NCBI GenBank assembly: GCA_002633005.1 | Contig: NMRA01000153.1 | Coordinates: 84,042-148,041, forward strand | DNA: 64,000 bases | Direction: 5' to 3' | Origin: Phoronis australis | Taxonomy: Eukaryota > Animalia > Phoronida | In this document: positions 52,401 to 64,000 of the stretch, one piece after another | How positions within the stretch are numbered: position 1 is the stretch's first letter | Layout of the letters: the number at the start of each line of letters is the position of its first letter | Made by a program: the position numbers and the translations under genes | Notes under the pieces: generated by a model | The model's input: the letters and a program-made list of their open reading frames with translations, nothing else | Databases searched by the model: none | What the model was told of the DNA's origin: nothing

Positions 52401-52892
52401 CTGCCTTCTTAAGGCTGAACTATAAGAAGGCTGCTCAAATGCCTGGCGGGCATTCACATGTGAAATTTTTCCAGATGTTGATTAGAGGTGCAATCTGCTT
52501 TGTGATCAAATGACATACTAATTCATGTGCTGGTATAAAACTGGTCATGACATGCTTCTTAGGTTTCTGCACTTTGGAAGAATTGACAGTTTGTGACTGC
52601 ATAAAATGACCAGATGGGTCAAGGCTACTTATACATCATGGTCTTGAGAAATAATGGACTGTCAGAACTTCACAATCCTAGGAAACGCTTCCGAGTAAGG
52701 AACAATACCAGACCAATCATAGAATGTTAATTGATTCAACAGAAAAGTCAATTTCTTCACAAGACGGTAGTTCACAACGTCTTTAAAAACTCACTGATTT
52801 ACCCATGTTTGTATACCGTTATAATTTTCTGCTCACAAGTCAAGTCTGTGCTAGAGTTTGATTGATGCAAAAATCTCACAAAGAAAATTAGT

Positions 52893-53025
52893 GTGATCAT
52901 GTACTTCAATAGTAACATAGTGTGAAAGATCACAAACTCTTGAGTGATGACGTGCTTCAATTGTAACATAGTACGAAAGATCACAAACTCTTGAGTGATG
53001 ACAAACTTCAATTGTAACATAATAC
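52893..53025. repeat. 51-bp tandem repeat (~2.6 units) in the probable 3' UTR of the LDLa gene
   Basis: GTGATGACGTGCTTCAATTGTAACATAGTACGAAAGATCACAAACTCTTGA unit. Confidence 0.85.
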
Positions 53026-53192
53026 GGCATCTAGCAAAGTCTTGTGTGATCTTGCACTTTCGCGTTTACAGCAAACCCAAGCCTGGTTTTTGTCAAACAG
53101 TCTATCTCAGCTGGAGACAACATTTTAACTGGAGCCTAAAGTCAAGAAACATGCCTCAGGTGGTACAGAATCTCACAAGAACTTTCTTACAT

Positions 53193-56100
53193 TTAAACAT
53201 GACATTCATCAGAGCTTGCTAAGATAATCACTGTGCCATCATCACCGTCATGAGCCGCACCTTGACATGATTCACCACCAGACTGCCCAGTCAAATCATG
53301 CCCCAATTCTGAGCACTCAAATACTTGATTTACCGTACCTGACTGGTCAGGTGTGCCACCGTCTGAAACAACTGGCTCAACACTTCTTGTCTGTGACGAA
53401 CTATTCCTGACAAGATTCATATTGGACAAAACACAGTCTGTGCCATGAATACCTCGACCTGGTGGGGAACTGGACATGCTATGACCATTATTGGCCAATG
53501 AGTCACTGGTCACAGTGCTCGATGTGGAGGGTGAATGTTCGTTGAGCGGGTTTGTGTTATATAGAGCTATGGCTGATAAAACTATGCCACGCCTATCCAG
53601 TGTACTGTACTCCGGCGGGCTATCCTCGACAGGAGGCACTATTATTGTCTCGTAGGCCGGAGGATCGTCAGATGAAAATGCCTGAAATGGTGAAAAAATA
53701 GCAATAATAATAACAAAAATAATAATAACAACAATGCAAAACTGCTACTTGGAGGAGCCACTGGGGTTGGAGCCATCCAAAAATCATCGTCAGCTGTTCT
53801 CTTCCCAGTAGGAACATATGTCAATTTTCATAATCACCCTTACCAGTAGTTAAGCCTGCAGAGGGCAGACGGCAAAAAACAATAAAAATTGCCACTAGGT
53901 GGTGTAAAAATACATCGAATCCATTCAAAAACGTGAAGGTGGTGTCATCTTCCTAACGGATACCTATTGCCAAATTTCATGAAAATTAATTAAGGAACAC
54001 TGAAGATACACAGAGGCAAACATAAAAATCTAAAATTGCCACTAGGGAGCACACCGGTAGTCAGATCTGTCCAAAAATTCGCTCATGCCATCCCATCCAT
54101 GAAGGGAACATGTCTGCAAAATTTAATGAAAATACGTCAAGTAGGTTTGGAGATACAGCAGCTGACACCGGACAGAAAGAGATGATGGCATAAAAAGGCT
54201 CAGGTTCAGGAATTCAGATTCGTTGCAGTGGTTTCAAAAAGTTCTGAATTTTATCAATTATTTCAACATGATTGAACTGGATGGGCAAGACCAGGAGGCT
54301 TAATTGAAATACTAAATGATGCAATGTATACAGTTTACATATTGACTTCTACTGACATGCGTCTCGTCATTACCTTACAGTAAAGAAGAAATCATTTCGA
54401 ACAAGAGAAAGTTGAAACGAATTAGACAAAACACATACAAAATTAATGTTGCCTGTCACGTGATTGTAGAGCACAGCTTCATCATAAGTTGGAGGATGTC
54501 CTTGACTACTGCTGGCAATGTTATTGACTGTCACACTGAGGCGTGGACTAGCCCTACCCCCTAAATAACAGGAGAGACACATTATTTACACAGGAATCAA
54601 TAAACTGGCATTCTACACTAAAGTCTGAGTGCGGATTTCTGTAATCAACTGGTGGTTCTGACACATCGGTGGACTAGAGCATGTGCACAGTTAGCAGAAA
54701 GTGCAGGTTTGCGACCCGATCGTGGCACAGATCTTTTCAGACTTCACTATAGGTCACGTGATATGACCAACAGATGGCATGTAAGAAGACTAATAATTAT
54801 TAATTATACCAAATCAACACAATGATTTATAACAGCACAATTAGCACATATACATGTACATTCACTCCAAGGTTTGTGTACCATGCCTGCAATAAGTCTG
54901 ACTGGGTTTCTATAATCAACTGGTCGTCCTGGTAGCTTAGTGGACTAGAGGGTCTGCGCAATTAGCAGGACTTCCCGTTTGAACTGTCATCATTGTCTTA
55001 ACTAGTGTACATTATATAAATCATTGTCTTAACTAGTGTACATTATATAAATCATTGTCTTAACTAGTGTACATTATACAAATCATTGTCTTAACTAGTG
55101 TACATTATAGAAATCATTGTCAAGATTACAGAACACTGCAGTTAGCATTCATTAGTACTTCTGAAAACATTCTTTCTGAGACAAAACTCACCTTAAGTTT
55201 GACATTCATCAAATTTTGCTGTGGGGGTTACATTTGGTAAACATAGACTTAACTATGGGTCACGTCACGGGAAGTGACCAACATATGGTGTGTAAGAACA
55301 CAAATAATTCTCACTTATACCACATCAATGTGGTGATTTATAACACATCAATTACCACATATACACTCCTAAGTTTGGGTAAGATGCCTCCTATAAGTCT
55401 GACCCGATTTTTGAAATGGACCGGTGGTCGTGATAGCTCAGTGGACAAGAGATTCTGGTTATTAACACTCATTTGGGAAATCCCAACTGTCTACAGGACA
55501 AAACTCCCCTGCTAGGTGTGGCATTAATCAAATTTTGCAGTGGGGGCTACATTTGGTGATATGACAGCCGATGCACTCCTGCAAAAAGGTTAAAGATTTA
55601 TAGGCAAGTAATTTCTTTCTCTACACCCAACATTCATGCCTAATTGATTCAGAATTAGTCTTTATTAAAAAAAACACAAAGCATACTAAACAAATAACTG
55701 CCTGCACTTGATATCAGGGTGGGCTTTCATCAGACATTCACAAATTTGTATCAGAGATCAGTCCCGGCATAAATCCATGGTGTTGAATCACAAAATTCGT
55801 AAGCCTGTGTTGTCCGGATCTACTTTCTATGTAAACTTAGTGCAAGCCCGACTAGCAACAGGGTGCAAGTGATCAGGCAGATGAGATAGGGGAACTAACA
55901 CCTGAGCAGGTGGGCTTATACATAATAATTGGACGGTGGCCTTACACTTGATTTAAGGTCAGCTTATACAGGAGAACAACCCATAACTGGGGAGTGCGTT
56001 TATACCAGGGAGGCAGTGTGGCCCAGTGGAAAAATTTTCCACTTCCTTTACTCAAGGTCGCAGGTTCAAGTTCTACTCGGTACATTGCCCTTGAGTCACG

Positions 56101-59100
56101 TCTTGGTCAGAACATGCCTCAGAAAAGCTTAACACCACAATGAGGTCACTCACTTGTGCGACGTGACTCGCGATGATTACAGATCTTATCACAGCGAATG
56201 ACGCGGCGTCGCATCATAACGAATATTATAGCAAGTAGCAGACAGCCAATGATACCAAGAGCTCCAATGAAGAGTACTGTGGGCATGGACTCATCCTCAT
56301 CATCCGTCTGCTTTGGCGGCACTGAAAATGACAAAAAATAATTACTGACAGTCGCCAAAATACACCTCAGGAACAATATCTGACTAAACGTCCTCAGCTG
56401 TATATCAAACAACACCTGATAATGTACCCAAATCACAACCACGTGCATAACGCTCCTGACCAGTAAGTGACAAAAGGTGGTCGGACAAAATACTGCTCAC
56501 TTATAATTCTGTTTAAAACAAAAATTACTCAGATGACTTTCGAGAATTGCAGCAAAATCTTAATTGTGGATAACCGTTTCCACCTAATTAGCTATTCGAT
56601 AAATTCCAAGCCATTCCTGGTCATGACGGATGGCTACAATGTTGATGACTTACATTCACACCCAGCCATAGTAATCACATTAATTTTGGTGTCTACGTAC
56701 ATGACAAAAATTATAAGTCAAGAATTACATCCTTATACATTTTTATCAGACATCAGCTTTCCATTGTGCTTAACTACTCTGCCTGTTACAAAGAAACCAA
56801 GATGGAGTTGGCAGATTAATGTAGCCACAGTATGCATCACAAGTCATCAAACAAAATACCCTTCCCACTTTGTGACAGGGAATTTTGCTAACACCAAAGG
56901 TGGTAAAATTCTAATTACAGACTGGCTTAGCCATCTTACTAATATTCCTGTTAATTCCCCTTCAACTGTAGTCGTGGGAGAAGGCTACTTCTGCTCGGTT
57001 GTCATAATGGGGAATTCTGGGTCATTCTCTCTTCTTTTGGCTGTACTCTGGCAATGTTTTGTGACAGATAAATGTCAATTCTACAAGTTGTATCACCTCT
57101 ACAAGCCCCGCAACGAAATCACTCACATTGATCTCATTAGCACAGATTTTTGTGACTCAAAACATAATAATAACAAGAGCAACGCAGAGCAATGCGCCCA
57201 CAAATGCACCACAAACGGAGTACTTCGAGAGGTGTTTACTTCTATCATAAAAATGGCTACTACATTGAATCCACCTGAAAATGGGAAAATGCTATTGCTT
57301 CCTTAATAGAAAGTTAATACCAAATTTCGTAAAAATCTATCAAGGAACTTTACAGGAAACGGAAAGAATGAAATTGCAGCTTGAGGGCATAGCGTTGGTT
57401 GGATCCGTCTGAAAGTCATCGTCATCGTCCGTTGTCAACTTCATATAAAAACACTTCCTAAATTTCATAAAAATCCTGCAGTGGGTTCAGGAGATACAGC
57501 TATGGCACAAAAAACATAACTGTCACTAGGAGGCACCACAGTAGGCAAATCATCGTCAAATATCCTCTTTGCACTAAGAACATCTATGCCAATCTTCAAA
57601 CATCTTTAGAGTGGGTTGGTTGATAGAGGGGCAGATGCCAAAAACAGACTAGAACTGAAACAGTAACTAGAAAACAGAACAAATGCCCACCGTAAGGCAC
57701 AAAATACGTCGAATCCATCTGAAAATAGAACATGTCATCGTTTCTGTAATAGAAAGCTATTTACCAAATTTCATAAAAATACATCAAGGAACTTCAGAGA
57801 AACAGAGGAAAACGGGAAAAAACGAAGTTTTTTTATAATGTTTATTACGAAATCTTCGAGACAATGAATATACATAGCCCAGAAAGCGCCAAGAGGCATT
57901 ATATCTGGGTTAAAAAAGTACAATCTACATACAATTATTTTACACAAATACATAAAAAGAAATCTGTGAACAATTATTTCACACAAATACATAAATTAAA
58001 AAAACTGTTGTTAAGATTACAATGACATATGATTACGAAAGAAAATAAAACATTTTCATACACATTTACACAATTCTATCCAATCACACAAAGAGATTTA
58101 ATATTATAAAGAAATTTTGATACTATTTCGAATAAAACCTTATTTTCATTTGGGTTGATTTCTTGACTTCCATATAGAGAAAAATTAATTTTGTTGTACA
58201 CTTGCGGAATTTCAGAATATTTTTATAAATATTGGGGTATTGTTTGCCGTGTCTGGAAAAGCTGTACCCTCTGCTCCTTGCATGCCTCACAAGCAAAGAA
58301 AACATGAGCATTTGTCTGTGCGTCTCCACAGCAACACAGACAAAATTGGCAATAGGGGGCAGAGCATTTGTTGTATCCGTCTGAAAGTCATCTTTTGTCT
58401 GTTGTCAACTTCATATATATATATATACATTTCCTAAATTTAATGAAGATCCTGCAGTGGGCTTAGGAGATGGTTACTGGTATGGGCGCAAAAAAAACAA
58501 CTGCCACTATTAGGCGCCTCAGTCGTCAAAGTCATCGGAAAATCGTCGTCAACTGTCCTCACAAACTAACAACAAAAACACCCCAATTTTCAGTCATCCT
58601 TAGTGTGGTTTGCTTAATAGAGGGCCAGACACCAAAAAACAGACTTGAAATTAGTAAAAATGCCCACTAGGTGACATAAAATACCTTGAATCCATTCGAA
58701 AACCAAAGAATAGCATCATCTCACTATGTGCCAAGAGGACCTTTGAAGATACATACGTAAAAAAATAAAATTGCCACTGGGGGACACACCGAAAAACAGA
58801 TCCGTCCAAAAGCTGTGGTTGTCCGTTTACAACTTCATATGAATACACTTGCTAAATTTAGTAAAGATCCTGCAGAGTCTTTAGGAGATACAGCCATGGG
58901 TGCAAAAACAAACAAAACTGTCGCTAGGAGGCGCCACAGTAGTCAAAGTCATTGGAAAATCGTCATCAGCTCTCCTTTTCATGCCAATTTCATAATCATC
59001 TTTAGAGTGGTTTGGTTGATAGAGGTGCGTACACCAAAAACAGACTTGAAAACAATAAAAATGGCCACTAGGTGGCGCAAAATTCCTCAAATCCATCTGA

Positions 59101-61283
59101 GAAGGAAAGGTTACTGTCATCTCACTGACAGACGCCTATATTCCAAATTTTATGAAAATCCGAAGAGGATCTCTGAAGATACAGAGGGGTACACCAGTAG
59201 TTGGATACGTCCGAAGCTGATCGTTGTCTGTCATAAGCTTCATACGAAAACATCAGCCAAATCTCATCAAGATCCTGTGAGGAGCTTAGGAGATACAGCT
59301 ACAGATGCCGGACACCGGACGCCCAGACAGAGATGAAGGGCACATAAAGATGCATCTATAACTCTATCTTAATTGACTCCAACACACGGACTACTTACCA
59401 GTGGTGACTACCGCGCATTTCTGAAGCTCATCACTTCTATCGGAACAGTGCGAAACACCATCGCACACATGGTGGATGGAAAGGCAGGCAGATCTGTCAT
59501 AACACAAGAAGCCACCACAGTCTGCAACATGTTTTTGACCATAGTGAACAATAAAATAAGCTAAAAAACAAAAGTTTATATGTAATAGGTTTGGTGTGAT
59601 AGAGCCTTCAGTAGCCAAAATATAGCCAGCATATAGTATTTGCCCAAAAGTGACCCAGCCAATAAGCTCAGGGGACATATGTAATCACAGAGAACTATCG
59701 AAACTGTAAGCCTCCTCACTGAAAATTGTCATTACTACGGATACCAATCTGCAACATCAAAAGACAAATGGCGTAGTTCCATAACTGATAAGACACCAGT
59801 GCAAAGTACAGGAGAATGTTTTTCAGCTTTTTGTATCTGGCACTGAATGTGCAGCCCTACCTCAAGTAACACTGAGTCTGCACTCACCTTCATCCGACCC
59901 ATACGGGCAGTTCCAATAGCCATTGGACACTAGTGTTTTGGCAATACACACCCCAGAATTACACCTGAACTGGTCTGTATACACCCTACAGTCTGGAATA
60001 GATGCCAGTCGATGAATAATGAAAACAGGCATGAAAACATGGAGAGACAAAGAAAGATTGCAGAAAACCTAATGTAAAAGGCTCGTCTAATGTATTTGGC
60101 CAGAATGTAACGCACGTGTCAAGTATTTGTGCTGCTTCTTCACATGCCTATGTACTAGTCACTATCTAATTGACCTGTCGCAAGCTCCGCCCCCTTGCGA
60201 AATGTCGACAAACATGCAATAAGTTTTACCCAGCGTCGTGTTGTTTGTCGGGTAAAATGGTGGCTTGGAAACGAAGGTGTGTCAAGAATGCTGCGTTCTG
60301 ATTGGTCAGTTAAGCCTTCACTCAAAATCCTGGCAATAGGTCAATAGTGTAACGCAGATGTAACGTCATTGTGTGTGCACATACACAGCCAGCCACCGAG
60401 GAAAGCTACAACAAAAATTCTTTAATTTTGGACTGAAATAATAGTTAAAATTTCCATCTTTTGAATTAAGCTCAGTACTACATTGCCGCAAATGCTTAAC
60501 ATTACACCAAATGTTGTATGACAGCTGAATCATACTAAACATGTTGATCGTGAAGGAAATTTAGTTTTGTAAAATAGTCTACGAAACGAAATTCCTGTGG
60601 TCCGTTTCGTTGTATCTCAAAAAGAAGAACTCCATGTTGTTGTAAATCCAACAATCAAAGCAGGCATCAGTTGATATTACTTAGCACGTGATCTCACTTT
60701 TATTTCAACACCTACCTTTAGTAGAAAGTGCAGTGACCAGTAAGGACAATTTTCGATGTCTCTCGAAGCTCCCCCTGACACGAAGTGTGAGAACTGACTG
60801 GTGAAAGATGTGAAGGTAAGTAGACGTGTCGAGATCCCGCGGGTCGGCAAATGTTAACTTGTCAGCGAGATCGTCTGACACAGAGTCCCCCTGGTGGACC
60901 TCAAAGAAGTTGGTGTTGCTCCAACCATTCACCACTGGAACAGACAGATAATGATCAAGACAACTAAAGAGATATAAAGATAGTGACTTTTCATAATAAA
61001 CTTAGGATTCATACATAATTTGTCTGACAGTCTTGAGTTCATTCCTTGTAATCAAGGTTTATTTTACTAAAAAATGACAACTGCAATAAAACAAGTAGCA
61101 TGTTGTCCACCAAAACCAAATTCATTATACCTCCTCTCAAGTATGTATTCTGTAAAATGCGTAGGTGAATAGCGTTGTATCCTTTCGGAACACCTAACGT
61201 GATAATGGTGTCAACATGGGAAATCTCTGGGCTTGAGGGTATGGTCAATATGTGGCTATAGCCAGCAGAAATACGAACATCAC
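53193..61283 (-). CDS. Single-pass membrane protein with N-terminal beta-rich (possibly CUB-like) region, two LDL-receptor class A modules, one TM helix and three cytoplasmic PPxY motifs (LDLRAD-like); 5' end not identified
   Basis: Exons 61283-61131, 60934-60716, 59992-59888, 59521 (or 59560)-59399, 56321-56154, 54560-54439, 53681-53193, phase-consistent. LDLa: FRCNSGVCI..NGYWNCPYGSDE and FLCYDRSACL..VCDGVSHCSDRSDELQKC. TM VLFIGALGIIGCLLLAIIFVMM followed by RRR. PPTY, PPAY, PPEY. Confidence 0.82.
53735..54195 (+). mobile_element. 5'-truncated HINE-like copy
   Basis: Three monomers plus terminal segment (ATGCCATCCCATCCATGAAGGGAACATG..GACACCGGAC) homologous to 62900-63400. Confidence 0.7.
54610..55450 (+). 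repeat. Degenerate local duplication with tRNA-like A-box heads
   Basis: 54740-54950 and 55245-55450 align; AAGTCTGA...TGGTCGT..TAGCT.AGTGGAC.AGAG recurs near 54620, 54895 and 55395. Confidence 0.6.
54989..55121. repeat. 31-bp minisatellite, 4 full units plus a partial
   Basis: ATCATTGTCTTAACTAGTGTACATTATAYAA starting at 54989, 55020, 55051, 55082, 55113; no spacers. Confidence 0.95.
56010..56140 (+). mobile_element. tRNA-derived SINE head fragment
   Basis: A-box-like TGGCCCAGTGG and B-box-like GGTTCAAGTTC (56063-56073) at Pol III spacing; no intact cloverleaf. Confidence 0.45.
57172..59348 (+). mobile_element. Second, more diverged HINE-like copy, interrupted at ~57830-58330
   Basis: AACAAGAGC start, sub-TIR ATGCGCCCACA 57192-57202, same ~150-bp monomers, degenerate 3' end GACACCGGACG..GGGCACATAAA. 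Confidence 0.72.
60169..60345. mobile_element. Short MITE-like element
   Basis: ATTGACCTGTCGCAAG / CTGGCAATAGGTCAAT inverted ends; internal GC box and ATTGG. Confidence 0.45.
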
Positions 61284-61908
61284 CTGGAAGGTAAGAAACA
61301 TAAGATATACATGTAAATTCTGGGATTCATCTCAGAATCATTTAAACAAACCTGCCAGAGGAACTATGATATTTGTTTTCCTGATGGTCAAAAATGATGA
61401 CCACCTGCAGAACACATTCATATAGTATTTGAATGTTTCATGGTACACCCGCCTGCAGCGCCACCTGGCAGTAAGATGTAATTGCACGAGGCACTCATAC
61501 TGGTGCACAGACACACAAAATGAACAGCAAGTGAATGCCGTATGTCTTGAGTGGTCGAGTCAGTTTATGAAATGGGGGTGATTTGAGCACAAGAAAATAT
61601 GTGTTTTCACGCAAAGTGGTACACAAAAATCAATAACTCATTTTAAGTGAAATCAAACTATGTCAACTTCGAATAAAAATGTACTTACTGGTCACTGGTC
61701 TGTTTCTCCAAACTAAAGATGCTGAAAGAAAATTTGAATTTGTTACTAAAGTGTGATTAATTGGAAAAACATAGACCAAAACAATAGAAAGCATATTAAA
61801 GTCAGAATAAGGCGATGCATTGATATTCACCAATTTGGAATTTTTAAAAACGCTCAAGCCACTAGAGAGAGAAACACTTGAATAAATTAAAATGGCCACC
61901 AAAACATG

Positions 61909-63450
61909 ACAAGAGCAATGCAGAGCGTTGAAATGCGCCCACAATTGCACCGTATACAGTATCCTTCTAGGGTTGTTTATTGGTACCATAAAGTGGCCAG
62001 TAGAGGGCATATATGTAGTATGTTGTACTTTGCAAAATGGAAAGGCATGGTCATTGTCTCCTCAATAGGCTAGGGGCAAAATGTGAGTGATCTTCATAAT
62101 ACAAGCACATCCTATACATCAGTTGCTTAAAGCACGACAGAAACATAGAATTAAAAACAAATTTACCAACATACGAGATTAGCACAGCATTAGAATGCCA
62201 GAAACAAATTTCTACTTGGAACTTTTCCTTCATAGTCACGAAGTAACACAAAGTATACACCTGAAGACCTATGAAAATACAGAGGTCAATGTAAAATACT
62301 AAAATTGCCACTAGAGGCAAATACTAAAATTGCCACTAGAGGCATACCGGTAGTCAGAATCATCCTAAAGTCGTCATCGTCCGTTGTCAACATCACATAA
62401 ATACACTTGCTAAATTTAGTAAAGATCCTGCAAACGGTTTGGGAGATACAGCCATGGGCGCAAAAAAAAACTGCCACTAGGAGGCGCCACAGTAATCAAA
62501 GTCATGGGAAATTCAGCGTCAACCGTCCTCTTCATAGTAAGAACATACATGCCAATTTTCACAATCATACTTAGAGCTGTTTGGTTGATAGAGGGGTGGA
62601 CGGCAAAAAACAGACTCAAAAACAGTAAAAATGGCCACAGGGTGTCGCAAACTAATCCATCCGAAAACGGGAGGATAGCGTCATCGCACTAATAGGTGCC
62701 TACATACCAAATTTCATGAAAATCCGTAAAGGACTTGTGAAGATACAGAGGTAAACGTAAAAAAATAAAATTGCCACTAGGGGACACACTGGTAGGCGTC
62801 TCCATCCAAAAGTCGTCATCCTCTGTTGTTAACATCATATAAATACACTTATTAAATTTCGTAAAGATCCTGCGAACGGTTTAGGAGATACAGCCATAGG
62901 CGCAAAAAAACAAAACTGCCACTAGGAGGCGCCACAGTAGTCCAAATCGTCTCAAAATCATTGTCAGCTGTCTTTTTTATAGTAAGCACATACATGCCAA
63001 TTTTCACAATCATCCTTTGAGTGGTTTGGTTGATAGAGGGGTGGACGCAAAAATACAGACTCGAAAACAGTAAAAATGGCCACTAGGTAGCGCAAACTAT
63101 GTTGAATCCATCTGAAAACGGGAGGATAGCGTCATCTCACTAATAGATGCCTACATACCAAATTTCATGAAAATCCGTTCAGGACTTTTGAAGATACAAA
63201 GGTAAGCGTAAAAAATTAAAATTGCCACTAGGGGGAAAACCGGTAGTCGGATCCGTCCGAAAGTTCGCACATGCCGTCCCATTCATGAATGGAACGTATG
63301 TGCCAAATTTTATGAACGTATGTCAAAGGGTTTTGGAGATAGAGCAGCGGACACCGGATGGACACCGCACAGACGGACGGACGGACGGACAGACGGACGG
63401 ACGGAGATGACGGTATAATGCGTCCACATATAAATATGTGGGCGCATAAT
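61909..63450 (+). mobile_element. Helentron-associated non-autonomous element (HINE/DINE-1/pearl-like), near full length
   Basis: 5' ACAAGAG, 11-bp sub-TIR ATGCGCCCACA (61933-61943) matching TGTGGGCGCAT (63437-63447), internal tandem array (~445-bp trimer of ~150-bp monomers), (GACG/GACA)n microsatellite 63370-63405, 3' hairpin 63418-63447. Confidence 0.8.
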
Positions 63451-64000
63451 AATTAATTTGGCAGGTGACACTTTCCTATTAAAAATTATACATCACCACA
63501 GAACAAATAGCACTAGTAAGGTTTGTAAGGTGAAGTGAATCATCTCCTAAGACAAAAAAAATCTATTTAATTCCACAAGGATCAGCTGAGCTATTAGACA
63601 GACTGCCTATGAAAAGGCATTTTTGTGATTAAATTCCTTTCACTTGGACTGCAACAGAACTCTGCAGAAGGGTTGCACATTTTATAACTAAGATTTGAGA
63701 CATTTTAGTATAGCCTGATGATTTTTATTAGATTATAATCCAACATATAAACAATTTGTAGAATTTAAAACCCCTACATTATTATGTTGAAAAAAATTCA
63801 CAGAAGGGCGATTTGGTTCATAGAAGCTCCAACAAATGGATCCCGTTTTAAATATATTTTACTGTCTAAAAGGGTGGGTTTACAGCTTGTCAACTCTCTA
63901 GAAGAGGGTATCCTAAATTCCCAGCAGCACACCTCTTCAAAATACATAGGAGATTCCTGAAGGGTTAATAGACCAAACATATCCCCAGTTTACATTACTG

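Noticed and set aside
54989-55121. CRISPR-like 31-bp repeats
   Set aside because: Units are contiguous with no spacers; eukaryotic intron; no cas genes.
56010-56080. tRNA gene
   Set aside because: A/B boxes are present but acceptor and anticodon stems do not form; treated as a SINE head.
56938-57050. Possible Thr/Pro-rich stalk exon of the LDLa gene (minus)
   Set aside because: Stops in all frames examined; no phase-compatible open exon found.
56467-57306. Longest ORF in the track (279 aa, +)
   Set aside because: GTG start, no recognisable domain, antisense within an intron and running into a HINE copy.
58815-59336. 173-aa ORF and similar ORFs at 58470, 62504 and 63222
   Set aside because: Incidental frames in non-coding repeat monomers; not conserved between copies.

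Overview
Intron-rich, AT-rich animal genomic DNA, probably from a marine invertebrate (inferred from gene content and repeat types). It is not prokaryotic, and most ORFs in the supplied track are spurious or are exon fragments. Four spliced genes could be rebuilt by hand with GT-AG sites and consistent phases. (1) The 3' part of an ADAR/ADAD-like deaminase gene (+, 390-5722) lacking the catalytic Glu (HAE->HAL). (2) A complete 16-exon TRPV channel gene (-, 7766-31651, ~832 aa) with TRPV5/6-like ankyrin/S1-S4 regions, a TRPV1-4-like pore and a long SP/TP-rich tail. (3) Elongin B (+, 32124-36274), head-to-head with TRPV across 472 bp. (4) A 5'-incomplete type I membrane protein gene (-, 53193-61283) with two LDLa modules and three PPxY motifs. 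Mobile DNA includes a decayed Academ-type transposon (43159-47118), several MITEs (some nested), tRNA-SINE-like fragments, and an inverted Penelope-type repeat carrying a minimal hammerhead ribozyme. Four copies of a Helentron-associated (HINE/DINE-1/pearl-like) element carry a co-oriented CTCF-like motif in nearly every ~150-bp internal monomer; this is the most unusual observation. All family assignments rest on motif recognition by eye, not on database searches.
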